Source: a virus. Taken from it: a stretch of DNA of 64,000 nucleotides. The stretch is from IMG/VR virus record IMGVR_UViG_3300027708_000019; one strand, given 5' to 3'. Each line of letters starts with the position of its first letter. Position 1 is the stretch's first letter. A program made the translations under genes and the position numbers. Below, in pieces: positions 9,577 to 19,646 of this stretch. The notes under the pieces were generated by a model. That model saw nothing but the letters and a program-made list of their open reading frames with translations, was not told the DNA's origin and made no database searches.

Positions 9577-10767
9577 TTATGCTACCGCCACGCAACGCCA
9601 AACGCTAGAAGCAGCGTTCCATACAAAACCTACATCAAGACGATTTGTAGTAACAGTGGTCGTAGGAAGGGCTACAGTAGAGGCTTCAAATTTTGCACCC
9701 CAAAGAATTGTCCTTGCAGCCGTACCTACAATGTAAATCCATAACTTTTGACCATCTGTAGGTGTACCAGACAAGTTAGTAGTAAATGATGTAATGTTAA
9801 CCGCTTGCGCCGTTAAACCATACATATCCACGTTATCAGTGTTTATGGTAGGTGTTGCACTAGAAGTAGTGGTTGATACTCTAGGTGTTACACGTTTGTT
9901 AGTAAGTGTTTCAGTACCATTAATAGTGGCTAATGTTCCACTTGTTGGCAAGGTTATAGCGGTTGTTCCAGAAACAGTTAGTGTTGTTCCAAAAGCACCA
10001 GAAATTGTAAGCGTGCTTGATGCGTTATTTGCAACACCTGTACCGCCTTGTGCAGGAGTAACTGCGGCATTGGTTGTGAGAATTGTTGTTGTTGCATCTG
10101 GTAAGGTGTATGTTTTTTCTGCTGTAGTTGCACCACTAAACTTAGTAAAACCATTACCAGTACCACCATAAGTAGACGCAATAATTTGAGTCAGTGCAGC
10201 AGAGCCATCAAAACTATTACCGTAGATAGCACGAGCAGTAGTAAGAGTTGCAGCAGAACCATCGATACTAGTAATACCAGTTAATGACTGTGAAGCAGAA
10301 GATCTATTGATAGCAATCGAAGTTGTACCAAGATAGAATGTTTGATTGTTTAACGCAACAGTACCAGTTGTGCTTGGTAGAGTAATTGTAGTTGAATCAG
10401 TACCAGCAAGAGTGATTGTATTATTAACAGTGAATGTTTTACCATCAGCAACAGCAAGAGTTGAACCAGTTGTTGGAGCAGTAATTGTTACTTTGTTAAT
10501 AGATGTAGCAGAAGCAACCCCAAGAGTAGGTGTTGTTAATATTGGGCTAGTAAGAGTTTTGTTAGTTAATGTATCAGTCGTTGCTCGACCAACTAGCGTA
10601 TCTGTTGCAGCTGGTAGAGTTAGAGTAGTAGTCCCTGCAACAGCAGTGGCTAGGACAGTAGTTGTCCCTGATGTTGAGCCATTAAAAATTGCAGATGTTC
10701 CCAACGATAAAGTTGTATCTATAGTTGCTGATCCGTATATTCTTGTGCCAGATAGTAGTTTAGCCAT
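9577..10767 (-). CDS. Tail fibre-like protein
   Basis: T/G/S-rich with TDTLTNKTLTSP repeats, ARAIYGNSFDGSA, C-terminal WRCVAVA. Confidence 0.6.
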   Translation of the reverse strand: MAKLLSGTRIYGSATIDTTLSLGTSAIFNGSTSGTTTVLATAVAGTTTLTLPAATDTLVGRATTDTLTNKTLTSPILTTPTLGVASATSINKVTITAPTTGSTLAVADGKTFTVNNTITLAGTDSTTITLPSTTGTVALNNQTFYLGTTSIAINRSSASQSLTGITSIDGSAATLTTARAIYGNSFDGSAALTQIIASTYGGTGNGFTKFSGATTAEKTYTLPDATTTILTTNAAVTPAQGGTGVANNASSTLTISGAFGTTLTVSGTTAITLPTSGTLATINGTETLTNKRVTPRVSTTTSSATPTINTDNVDMYGLTAQAVNITSFTTNLSGTPTDGQKLWIYIVGTAARTILWGAKFEASTVALPTTTVTTNRLDVGFVWNAASSVWRCVAVA

Positions 10768-10777
10768 AGTTTTCTAT

Positions 10778-12127
10778 TTAGGTAGGTTTAACATATTCAT
10801 CAAAATATCCAGTAACTTGGATTTTTCCAGTTGATGTTTCTTTTTTGACTAAACCTCCACCAGCCCCTTGTAATGTATACTCATCAAACTCACTAGAGTA
10901 TAAAAAATTTGGTGTAAGACTAATTGTAGCCTGAGTAACTTCGTCTAACTCTCCAGATATTGATAATACACCTGTTGATGTAATTCTTGATGCTATTACT
11001 ACACTAGGAGGTGCTGTAAACGTCCAACCTAAATTGTTTGCCCCATTGGTTGAGTGTGTGCCAGCATACCAGGCAGCACCACCTGTGGCGTTTGAATCTC
11101 GTATACTTAAATAATCCACACTCACAGTACCTGATGCCATGGATAGATTCCATCTTGTACCATTAGTAACACTCTTCAAAATCCATAGGCTTCCAGAACT
11201 TCCCGAAACTGTAAAATTGGACACGGTTTGAGTGGAACCTGCCTCAAAAGATATCGTTTTAACACCTTGAATATAATTTGTAGTGATGGTATTAAAAGTG
11301 TTGTTGCCAGTAATCGCTGAGACCTTACCCGTAATTGTTAAATTATAATAGGTGTATCCCATACCACAGAAAAAAGCGCCATATCCTGAGGTCCTACCGC
11401 CCATTTGTATAGTTGATGTTCCGGGATTTATAGTAATGGTGCCATCAGTTATTGGACTGCCAAAATTAATGTTCCAACCAAATGCATTGCCATCATCCCA
11501 AAGTTGCCAAGTTCCCGAACCCATGTTTATGGTGATGGAATTACCTGCGCCAGGATCAAAGATGTTGAAATCCATTGTTTGTATATTAAAATTATTTGCA
11601 TTAAATGTGCTATTAGCAGCTACATAGAATGTGAAACTAGCACCTGAATTGCTGTCTGGTTGAATACACAGGTTATCTCCCAGTGTGGTAGTTGTAGCAG
11701 TTGTACCATCTCCAACTGTTAAACCACTTATTGTTTTTCCTACAGACGTAAGTGTGCCTGTGCCTATCATGTTAACACCAAATCCTGACCCGCCAGATGA
11801 CCCTCCATAAGGAGTTAGAAAATATGTTCCACCACTGGACAATGTAACATTGCCATAAACATTGAAACCCAGTCCGTCAAAAAAGGCAGGTATTGAATTC
11901 AATGTTCCAGTGAAACCTGTGCAGTCTAAAGAAGCACATTCCACTGCACTGCCAGAAATAGTAAAACCAATTATAATTAATCCTGACCCTGAATTTGAAT
12001 CCAAAAAGACTGCATCTGCGGCAGTTGGTATACTGGCACCACCTGACCCACCAGAAGAAGTGCTCCAATGACTTGAGCTACTTCCATCCCATGTACCTGC
12101 GCCACCTACCCAATATCTATTAGCCAT
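10778..12127 (-). CDS. Tail-associated beta-helix/adhesin-like protein
   Basis: MANRYWVGGAGTWD...WSTSSGG...PTAADAVF N-terminus; C-terminal GELDEVT/FDEY repeats. Confidence 0.55.
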   Translation of the reverse strand: MANRYWVGGAGTWDGSSSSHWSTSSGGSGGASIPTAADAVFLDSNSGSGLIIIGFTISGSAVECASLDCTGFTGTLNSIPAFFDGLGFNVYGNVTLSSGGTYFLTPYGGSSGGSGFGVNMIGTGTLTSVGKTISGLTVGDGTTATTTTLGDNLCIQPDSNSGASFTFYVAANSTFNANNFNIQTMDFNIFDPGAGNSITINMGSGTWQLWDDGNAFGWNINFGSPITDGTITINPGTSTIQMGGRTSGYGAFFCGMGYTYYNLTITGKVSAITGNNTFNTITTNYIQGVKTISFEAGSTQTVSNFTVSGSSGSLWILKSVTNGTRWNLSMASGTVSVDYLSIRDSNATGGAAWYAGTHSTNGANNLGWTFTAPPSVVIASRITSTGVLSISGELDEVTQATISLTPNFLYSSEFDEYTLQGAGGGLVKKETSTGKIQVTGYFDEYVKPT

Positions 12128-12135
12128 TTAATTTA

Positions 12136-14394
12136 TTACCCAAAAATTGTATCTAAACTATTTGTAGTAGCATTATATACTTGATATACTGCGCTTACGT
12201 TACTTGCGTTTACGAAACCAACTTTACTTCCTGAACCTACATAAATGTTACCAACAACACCCAATCCACCACCAAGTTTTAATGAACCAGTAGTGCTAGA
12301 TGTAGAAGCTGTTGTATCAGAAAGAGTTGGAGCACCTGTAAAAGTGCCAGACAATGCACCGCTATTAATAGTTGGAGATGTTAATGTTAATCCAGCAAAT
12401 GTAGTTACTGTTGCGCCTAAAGAAACTGCTGTTGAACCAATAGTAACAGAACTGTTGGTCAACATGGTATTTGTTATAGAACTGGCACCCAACAAACCAG
12501 TAATATCTGCTTGAGCAACTGCCACAGTTCCAGTTACTAATCCCTTAGTGTTGGTAGTAATTTTCTTAAATGTGCCAGTACCAGAGTCAGTGATAGTTGC
12601 TAGTGTTAATGCGATAGTTCCAGTGTTTAACGCAGTTGCTGGAGCAGTAGCATCACCAGTAACAGCAAGTGTTTGCGTATATACAAGTTGTTTATCATTC
12701 GTTACATTACCTAAACCAACATCTGTGGATGTTAAAGTAACTACACCAGTTTTACCAGCGACAGAATCAACTGCTCCGCTGGTAATATAAACATAAACAG
12801 AACCTGACCATCTATATGCTTTACTTGTATCTATGGCAATATAGATCTTTCCTGTTTCGCCAGTCGCAGGGAATGCTGCAAGGTTTGCATATTCAAGAAC
12901 ATCATCAACATATGATGGCAAGTACGTAGAAGAAATTTTAGAAGTAGCATCAAGTGGCGCAACACCATTGGCAGCACCAACTAATGATGACGCAACACGA
13001 GCAGTAGAGTCAACTGCGTTAATCGTAATATTAGCAGATCCATCAAATGAAACACCATTAATGGTACGAGCAGTTTGTAATATAGTTGCTGATCCAGCAT
13101 TGCCAGTAACAGTTGTTTGAGCGGTAGAACTAATTACACCGCTGGCAATAGTGATTGTTGTACCATCAACTTTAACACCGCCAAGAACTGTTGTTGATGA
13201 GGTTGGTAGTGAGTAAGCATTAGGTATGTTTGTTAGATCATTATAACTACCAGAGAACAGAGTTGGTTTACCAGTTAGACTAGCGTATGCTCCATCAAAC
13301 AATGTTGGCTTGTTGGTTAAGTCATTATAACTTCCACTGAACAATGCTGGTTTGTTTAGTATCTGTGCTAGTCCAGAACTGGCATTCCAATCACTATTAA
13401 CTTGTGCGGCAGGTATTGTTGGCTTGTTAGTTAAATCAGTATAACTTCCACTGAATGGTGCGGCTACACTGATAACACCTGCGTTGATAGTTATATTGCT
13501 ACCAATCTTTACTCCACCTAATATTGTGTCAGTTGCTGTTGGTAAAGTATAAGCACTGGGTATTGTTGGCTTGTCAGTTAAGTCAGTATAACTACCTGAG
13601 AACAATGTAGGTTTGCCAGTTAGACTAGCGTATGCTCCATCAAACAATGTTGGTTTACCAGTTAGACTAGCGTATGCTCCATCAAACAATGTTGGTTTAC
13701 CAGTTAGACTAGCGTATGCTCCATCAAACAATGTTGGTTTGTTTTTAATAAAACTTTTTAAAGTGTTGTCAGTAACATTCCAATCAGATTGTATCTGAGC
13801 AACACCACCTGAACCACCACTTACTGCAGAGAATTCAAACTTTTTACTTGTACCATTGTACCCAAGATAATATCCATCTTGAATAGTAGAACGATCGATG
13901 TCGTCAAGATATCTTAGGTTTACTTCACCAGATCCTGGACCTGTGGCAGCAATGCGTCCGATTGCTTGCTCTAAAAATTTAAGTTTCTTTTGAATGCCAG
14001 TAATGTTGGGATCTACTGGTTGTGGTGCTGGCTGTTGAAAAGAATCTTTATTGACTACTTCTTTTTCAACAATTACTTCTTTTTCAACAATTACTTCTTT
14101 TTCAACAATTACTTTTTTAACAGGTTGTTTCTTTTCAACAAACAACTCCATCATTTCACCAATATCATTATTGGCTTTGAGACTTTCTTTAACAGCTTTT
14201 AATGCTTTTCCTGCAGGTGTTTTTTCTTGTTCTTCTTTGAGTTTACGTTTCTCTTCAGCAGCAGCTTTGAATAGCGTAGAAAGATTTACTGGCTGTTCTG
14301 GCTCTGACTTTTGTTGTAGCAAAAGTTCTTCCTGCTCTTTGAGTTTACGTTTCTCTTCAGCAGCAGCTTTAAATAGATCACCAAGATCAGTCAT
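12136..14394 (-). CDS. Tail fibre protein with internal repeats
   Basis: Coiled-coil N-terminus, GSGEVNLRYLDD, QSDWN and FSGSYNDLTNKP repeats, LPSYVDDVLEY, SVAGKTGVVTL. Confidence 0.65.
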   Translation of the reverse strand: MTDLGDLFKAAAEEKRKLKEQEELLLQQKSEPEQPVNLSTLFKAAAEEKRKLKEEQEKTPAGKALKAVKESLKANNDIGEMMELFVEKKQPVKKVIVEKEVIVEKEVIVEKEVVNKDSFQQPAPQPVDPNITGIQKKLKFLEQAIGRIAATGPGSGEVNLRYLDDIDRSTIQDGYYLGYNGTSKKFEFSAVSGGSGGVAQIQSDWNVTDNTLKSFIKNKPTLFDGAYASLTGKPTLFDGAYASLTGKPTLFDGAYASLTGKPTLFSGSYTDLTDKPTIPSAYTLPTATDTILGGVKIGSNITINAGVISVAAPFSGSYTDLTNKPTIPAAQVNSDWNASSGLAQILNKPALFSGSYNDLTNKPTLFDGAYASLTGKPTLFSGSYNDLTNIPNAYSLPTSSTTVLGGVKVDGTTITIASGVISSTAQTTVTGNAGSATILQTARTINGVSFDGSANITINAVDSTARVASSLVGAANGVAPLDATSKISSTYLPSYVDDVLEYANLAAFPATGETGKIYIAIDTSKAYRWSGSVYVYITSGAVDSVAGKTGVVTLTSTDVGLGNVTNDKQLVYTQTLAVTGDATAPATALNTGTIALTLATITDSGTGTFKKITTNTKGLVTGTVAVAQADITGLLGASSITNTMLTNSSVTIGSTAVSLGATVTTFAGLTLTSPTINSGALSGTFTGAPTLSDTTASTSSTTGSLKLGGGLGVVGNIYVGSGSKVGFVNASNVSAVYQVYNATTNSLDTIFG
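13616..13740. repeat. Three tandem 42-bp repeats (LFDGAYASLTGKPT), fourth copy near 13271-13308
   Basis: Unit ccagttagactagcgtatgctccatcaaacaatgttggttta repeated near-identically. Confidence 0.9.
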
Positions 14395-14398
14395 ATCA

Positions 14399-15505
14399 TT
14401 ATACTGCTGTAAAGGTAGTCGTCAATGGCACCAAGGTAATTGCAGTTGAGATCTTGTTGGTTGTTCCATATTGGAAAATTGGTCCAGAATATAATACCAC
14501 ATTACCAGCAACCCCATTGATAGCACGATTAGTTGCCTGCGCAGCTGGTACGTTAAATGTACACACACCAAACTGCATGGTTGCTGAGCCACTCATTGAG
14601 ACGCCATAGGTATTGGCACCTGTGCCAGTGTTAGTAATAATACATACACCCATACCCCACTGTACCGTTCCACTTAGAGTAACCACAGCACCTGTGTTGG
14701 CTTCTACTCCACATCTTAGCATATTGCCTGTAGAATCATTTGCCATATTAAGCACTTGTCCTATGCCATTGGTTTCCAGATTGCTTATGCTACAGAATCC
14801 ACGCTGAATGTCTATTAGATATACGGAACCACTGGCTCTAGCCATGGTACAATCATACATTTCCACTCTGCTGCCAGTGCCAGTATTATCCGCATAAACA
14901 CAACTCTTGGTAGCATTGCTTTGATAGCAGTACACATCGTCTAGGTAAAGTTTTGATGGATTGGCGCCAGTCACTTGAATAGCATGATTTGTACTGTTGG
15001 GGTTGACAGCAACATTAAACAAACCAAATCTATTGACGTTTATGGCGTTTGCGCTGGAGTCTGCTGGGGTAATAGTAACATACCCATTAATCCAGATTGG
15101 TACGTGTCCAGCATCAGGAGTAGCAGCACCGATAAAAATATTTCCACGAGTCAGTGCCACGTTTTCTGTAGTTGAACTCAGTAGTTGAATAAACTGTGGG
15201 TTACTAACAACAGCACCACTGATACTGATTGTTAAAGTGTTAGCAGCAATTCTTGCTTCAATATATGCTAAAGCAGCAGTAATAGTTTTAAATGGTTTGG
15301 CTACACTTCCATCTGATGTGTAAGTATCAGTTCTACTTGGATCAACAAGCCAATAGTTATTTGGTGGAACAACTGCGCCAAGTACATAGTTCTTTAATGC
15401 TAATGCTGTTAATTTTTTATTAACACTGCTTTCTACTACTGGAAAAGTTGTTGCATCAGTGGCTGCTGCCAACGATGTCATTGCTGATATTTTTATTTGT
15501 GTCAT
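14399..15505 (-). CDS. Tail spike / beta-helix structural protein
   Basis: MTQIKISAM start, DGSVAKPFKTITAAL motif of pectin-lyase-like beta-helix proteins. Confidence 0.55.
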   Translation of the reverse strand: MTQIKISAMTSLAAATDATTFPVVESSVNKKLTALALKNYVLGAVVPPNNYWLVDPSRTDTYTSDGSVAKPFKTITAALAYIEARIAANTLTISISGAVVSNPQFIQLLSSTTENVALTRGNIFIGAATPDAGHVPIWINGYVTITPADSSANAINVNRFGLFNVAVNPNSTNHAIQVTGANPSKLYLDDVYCYQSNATKSCVYADNTGTGSRVEMYDCTMARASGSVYLIDIQRGFCSISNLETNGIGQVLNMANDSTGNMLRCGVEANTGAVVTLSGTVQWGMGVCIITNTGTGANTYGVSMSGSATMQFGVCTFNVPAAQATNRAINGVAGNVVLYSGPIFQYGTTNKISTAITLVPLTTTFTAV

Positions 15506-15506
15506 T

Positions 15507-16112
15507 TTAGTGTCCCATTCCTTTGCGGACATCATTATACATCTCCGCTTTGTGTGCGTCGCTCATTTTGCTAGGTGCGCCAGCATGGAATTCTTTCTGA
15601 TTGCCAGCTGCAGCATGAGCACGCATTTTACTTGCGGACATGCCACTAGTACCCTCTGCGTCTGGATCACGAGCACCAGAAGAATGAACAGTTATAGATT
15701 TGAAATTATAGTGGCCATGAGCAGAATCTTTACCATTATATTTGTGAAGAAGATTATGCATTTCTTCTTTACGATCAGAACCAGCAACTACATGTAGATG
15801 TTGAGCACCAGCAGCATGAGCAGCTGCTGCGTGATGAAGAATTGTTGGTTTATCTTTACTTGCAGCAGAAACATTTGTTCCAGGAAAGGCACGACCAGCG
15901 TGTTTAACTTTCTGCTCACCAGTCAATGGATTCTTCTTAGCGTCTTGGCTATGAGAAACAACAACACCATGAGTGGCTTTATGTTGTTTCGCAACATCGT
16001 GAACCTTGTTAACAACTGCTTCATGACCAGAAGTAATTGGATTCATACGACCAAATGCCAACACGTGGTGTTGTTCACCAGCTTCTTGTAAGTATTGTTT
16101 TAATGTTTTCAT
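15507..16112 (-). CDS. HxGH-superfamily nucleotidyltransferase (phage 'cytidyltransferase')
   Basis: AFGRMNPITSGH, KNPL, VAGSDR, RDPDAEG..GMSASKMR motifs; start trimmed to MKTLKQYLQE. Confidence 0.8.
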   Translation of the reverse strand: MKTLKQYLQEAGEQHHVLAFGRMNPITSGHEAVVNKVHDVAKQHKATHGVVVSHSQDAKKNPLTGEQKVKHAGRAFPGTNVSAASKDKPTILHHAAAAHAAGAQHLHVVAGSDRKEEMHNLLHKYNGKDSAHGHYNFKSITVHSSGARDPDAEGTSGMSASKMRAHAAAGNQKEFHAGAPSKMSDAHKAEMYNDVRKGMGH

Positions 16113-17011
16113 TAGCAGTGCCACTTTCTTAATGCGAGTGCTTTACGAGTTGGCTCGCCGTTTGGTTTTTTCATTGGACCTTCTACGCCAGACATTCTTG
16201 CGCAGAAAGATTTTCTACGATTAGCAGCTTTACTTCCTGGTTTCAATTTACTTGGCTTTGTTGTAACAGCAGTTTGTAAATGACTACCAGGAGTTTGTCT
16301 ACGATAATGGTCAACACCTTTTTGTGTTAAACCACCAGTAGATGATTTATAACCTTTTGCATCGATAGCATATTCTAGTAATTCTTCATCAGGATAGACT
16401 TCCAACCATTCCCAAACAAGTTCTGAATCAACACCATTGGTAGCTGCCATTTCTTCAACAACTTCTTCAATCAAATCGAACTGTGCTTCAACTTCTTCAG
16501 TTCTAGTTCTACGACCAGCAAAGTTATGTATACCTCTATCTTTTAATTCAGAACGAGATGCTTCATATTCATAACGATTCTTATGAGCACTTGCTGATGT
16601 ATTACCAAGAGTTTTAACTTTTTTATCTAAAGTTGAAGTTGCTTGTGTTTTAGCAATTTTGTTTGTTGCTCTATACAAACCAGTATCTCTTTTATCGCTA
16701 GTATCATTAGACTTTAGATTTTTATTAACATAAGATTTTAAAGTTTTTGTATCTAACTCAGCAATCTGCTCAAATTCTTCATTCTTTGGCTTCTTGCCAG
16801 CTTTTTTGATTGCGATAGCAATTGCTGCTTGCTGGGCAGGATTTGCTGCTTCATTCTGAGAATCTTTTAACGATTTGTCAGTTGGCGCACCTTTACTTCC
16901 TGGCTTACGCATCTTCTCACCAGAACCATGTTTGATTCTTTCTTGTTTGGCATGGATATTATCCCACAATCCACGTTTTGCTTCTTCTAAGTATTCTTTG
17001 AACGAGATCAT
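16112..17011 (-). CDS. Modular basic virion-type protein
   Basis: GLWDNIHAK..., GGLTQKG...RRKSFCARM...ALRKWHC modules recalled from T4-like aquatic phages. Confidence 0.55.
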   Translation of the reverse strand: MISFKEYLEEAKRGLWDNIHAKQERIKHGSGEKMRKPGSKGAPTDKSLKDSQNEAANPAQQAAIAIAIKKAGKKPKNEEFEQIAELDTKTLKSYVNKNLKSNDTSDKRDTGLYRATNKIAKTQATSTLDKKVKTLGNTSASAHKNRYEYEASRSELKDRGIHNFAGRRTRTEEVEAQFDLIEEVVEEMAATNGVDSELVWEWLEVYPDEELLEYAIDAKGYKSSTGGLTQKGVDHYRRQTPGSHLQTAVTTKPSKLKPGSKAANRRKSFCARMSGVEGPMKKPNGEPTRKALALRKWHC

Positions 17012-17012
17012 T

Positions 17013-18233
17013 TTATTTCCTTGTCTTTAATAAGTTGGCTCTTGCGAATTCTGATCTATTGACCAATTTAGTTGGTTCATTAGCATGGTGAACAACGTAA
17101 CCTTCTGGATTAGTTTTCGTACCATTAATAGAATGTTCAACTCCACCACCACCTGAGTGATGCGCATCAAGAGCACCTGTTAATACATGTTTAGCATTAG
17201 CAAGATGCCCATGCATCTGCAATAAATTACCATAATGTTCTTTGTGTTTTTCAACGTGAGCAACCTGAGCAGCACCTTCACCAGTATGCGCTTCTTTTGC
17301 TTTTGGTGTTGAAACTTTCGCAGCTTTTTTCTCATAATGAGATTGAACATGCTGTTGAAAACCTTTAACGCTTGGTTTCTCGCCAGTACGAACAGTTGAG
17401 TTGATATATGTTCCTAGATGACCAGCTTCCCCACTGTGTTGTGGATGGACAGCTGTATACATTGAAGATCCATGTTCTTTATGAATTTTCTCAGCTTCAC
17501 CCATATGTTGATGGAATTCATCTTGTTTCTTTTTATCGTAAGCAACTTTGCTTGTATCAAGATGAGCCGAAGTCTGGTGAACATCAGGATGTTGATTAAA
17601 TCCTGCATGACTTGTTAATGGCTTTGCTTGCATTGAATGCATATCTTTACCATGATACTGAGTATGAGTAACAATACCAAACTTTGATTTCTTAGCAGTT
17701 TCTGCTTCTGGACCAGAATGGGCGTAAGTAATTGTATTTGGCGTATACGATGCTTTACCATCTTTCGTCGTCACATCGCCTTTTGGATTTGCTTTACTTT
17801 TACCACCAGAATGCATCACATCGCCTTGATAGATGCCTTGTTTTGGTGCAACCTTTGGTAGATGTTTTAAAGCAGCATTCATTTTGTCTGCCAATCCTGG
17901 AGCATGACCATGATTCGCTTGAACATCTTTTGATGTGTAATTTAATTTTGGTGTTTTGTTGAATGCGGATTTTGTAGCAACAAAGAATTTACCTGACTCT
18001 GGATGATGTCCGTAAACGATAGATGGCGATCCATCATATTTTGTTGTTAGATTTGAATCTGATTTACCAGTAGCCATATGCTGGTGGGCTTGTTGTAGCG
18101 CACCTTTGGCATGACCATAACCTGCTGCGCCATGGAACAGTGGACGATCCTCAGCGTGGGTAATGTGCTTTAACTTAGCACCTTCTTCGGCTTCTTCTTG
18201 AATTACCTGTAAATATTGTTTTAATTTTAACAT
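17013..18233 (-). CDS. His-rich protein with ATP-dependent ligase-like nucleotidyltransferase motifs
   Basis: Motif I TTKYDGSP, III YQGD, IV PEGYVV, V TKLV. Confidence 0.6.
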   Translation of the reverse strand: MLKLKQYLQVIQEEAEEGAKLKHITHAEDRPLFHGAAGYGHAKGALQQAHQHMATGKSDSNLTTKYDGSPSIVYGHHPESGKFFVATKSAFNKTPKLNYTSKDVQANHGHAPGLADKMNAALKHLPKVAPKQGIYQGDVMHSGGKSKANPKGDVTTKDGKASYTPNTITYAHSGPEAETAKKSKFGIVTHTQYHGKDMHSMQAKPLTSHAGFNQHPDVHQTSAHLDTSKVAYDKKKQDEFHQHMGEAEKIHKEHGSSMYTAVHPQHSGEAGHLGTYINSTVRTGEKPSVKGFQQHVQSHYEKKAAKVSTPKAKEAHTGEGAAQVAHVEKHKEHYGNLLQMHGHLANAKHVLTGALDAHHSGGGGVEHSINGTKTNPEGYVVHHANEPTKLVNRSEFARANLLKTRK

Positions 18234-18257
18234 AAACTTCCTCTATTCCATCTATTT

Positions 18258-18309
18258 ATTATACTATAAAACCGAATAAATGTCAAGCATACCCCTACGG
18301 ACAGTAGGG
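18258..18309 (-). promoter_or_regulatory. Sigma70 promoter TTGACA-17-TATAAT with upstream CCCTAC-N5-GTAGGG palindrome
   Basis: -35 at 18281-18286, -10 at 18258-18263, palindrome at 18293-18309. Confidence 0.85.
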
Positions 18310-18312
18310 TTA

Positions 18313-19629
18313 TTATACACCCTTGACTACAATATACAAAGAGCTGTCAGCACTTACCTTTTTGGAACTATAATAACAAAATGTCATATTTTCTTTAAAT
18401 TTTGCTGGTGTTCCAGCAGCCATCATAAAACTGTAAAGGTAAGATATTAAATTAGCAAATCTGTCTTTTGTTAATTTATCTGCTTTGTCAAATATTGCTT
18501 CAGCTTGTTTATAATCTTTTAATGTATTTGATAATCTTGGGAATTTACCAAACATCTGTTTCAACTCAGTTTTTGCTTTAGTATAATCTTGAGATGTTAC
18601 ACCAACACCACTTCTTACATTATACTGATAATTTTTTTGTACATGTGGTCCATATTGTTTAGCATCAACAGCACCAAGTTGATAACCTGCGCCAATAAAT
18701 CTACCTTCTAATGATACATTCAATGTTGTTGCGGATGCTTTAAAACCACATCTAACAGCAAAACCAGATTTTGTTTGAACAATAAAATTAGCAAAAGTAT
18801 CTGATAAATCTACTTTAGAAAATGACATATCATATTCTAATTGCTGAGACATAGCATTTGCTGGATCAACAATCTCAACTTTCGCAGATTGATTTGATTC
18901 AACTTGCTTCAAAGAGATTGGAATTAAATCTTTCTTTTTGTATGCTGCAGCAATACCATTATTTAATTCTTCAATAGACTTGGCAGCAATTAACTTTTTC
19001 ATATCAAAAGTTTTTTTAATCATCCACACATCAGCAGGATTCCAGTTGTCGTTTGCTTTACCAGAAAGTTTTCTTCCAACTGTATATAAATCTTTTGTCA
19101 AATCTTGCGCTTGTCTCTCGTAAGTATAACCCTTACCAGCTTTCAAAAACTTTTTCAACTCATTAACTTGTTTTACTGCACTCTCATAATACAAACTATC
19201 GTAATATGTTTTCTTTGCGCCAAGTTTATCGCGAATAGTGTCCTCTGATAACATTTTATTGTTTTCAAACACACTCTCAAAAAGATACATACTAACAAGT
19301 TCTTTAATCTCAGTAAGTTTACCTGTATCACTTTTTGCATTTTCACTAAAATGATTAAATGCAGTATTGATAGAACTCTCTGAACCTTTAATTAGAATTA
19401 CTTTATTCTTCTCATCTTTAACATACAGTGTCGCAGATCCAGCAGCCAACTCAATAACTGTTGAAATGTCTTTTGTTTTTGCTGATTTTGTAATGGAGAA
19501 TACAGACTCGCCAAGTTTATACTTTTGAGCAGTAAACTTGCTACCAATCGCAGCAGATATTTTGCTTGCGTCTTTTAGGACAATTTTATGCCCTTCTCCG
19601 TATTTTGTGCTTCCTGCAATCGATGCCAT
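18313..19629 (-). CDS. Putative PD-(D/E)xK-type endonuclease
   Basis: E...WNPADVW...ISLK catalytic-like pattern. Confidence 0.5.
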   Translation of the reverse strand: MASIAGSTKYGEGHKIVLKDASKISAAIGSKFTAQKYKLGESVFSITKSAKTKDISTVIELAAGSATLYVKDEKNKVILIKGSESSINTAFNHFSENAKSDTGKLTEIKELVSMYLFESVFENNKMLSEDTIRDKLGAKKTYYDSLYYESAVKQVNELKKFLKAGKGYTYERQAQDLTKDLYTVGRKLSGKANDNWNPADVWMIKKTFDMKKLIAAKSIEELNNGIAAAYKKKDLIPISLKQVESNQSAKVEIVDPANAMSQQLEYDMSFSKVDLSDTFANFIVQTKSGFAVRCGFKASATTLNVSLEGRFIGAGYQLGAVDAKQYGPHVQKNYQYNVRSGVGVTSQDYTKAKTELKQMFGKFPRLSNTLKDYKQAEAIFDKADKLTKDRFANLISYLYSFMMAAGTPAKFKENMTFCYYSSKKVSADSSLYIVVKGV

Positions 19630-19646
19630 AGATATTCCAGTAAAAA

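Noticed and set aside
13616-13740. 42-bp repeats as a CRISPR array
   Set aside because: Directly tandem with no spacers, in frame within a fibre gene
8946-15505. Diversity-generating retroelement acting on fibre genes
   Set aside because: No reverse transcriptase and no TR/VR pair with A-specific mismatches seen
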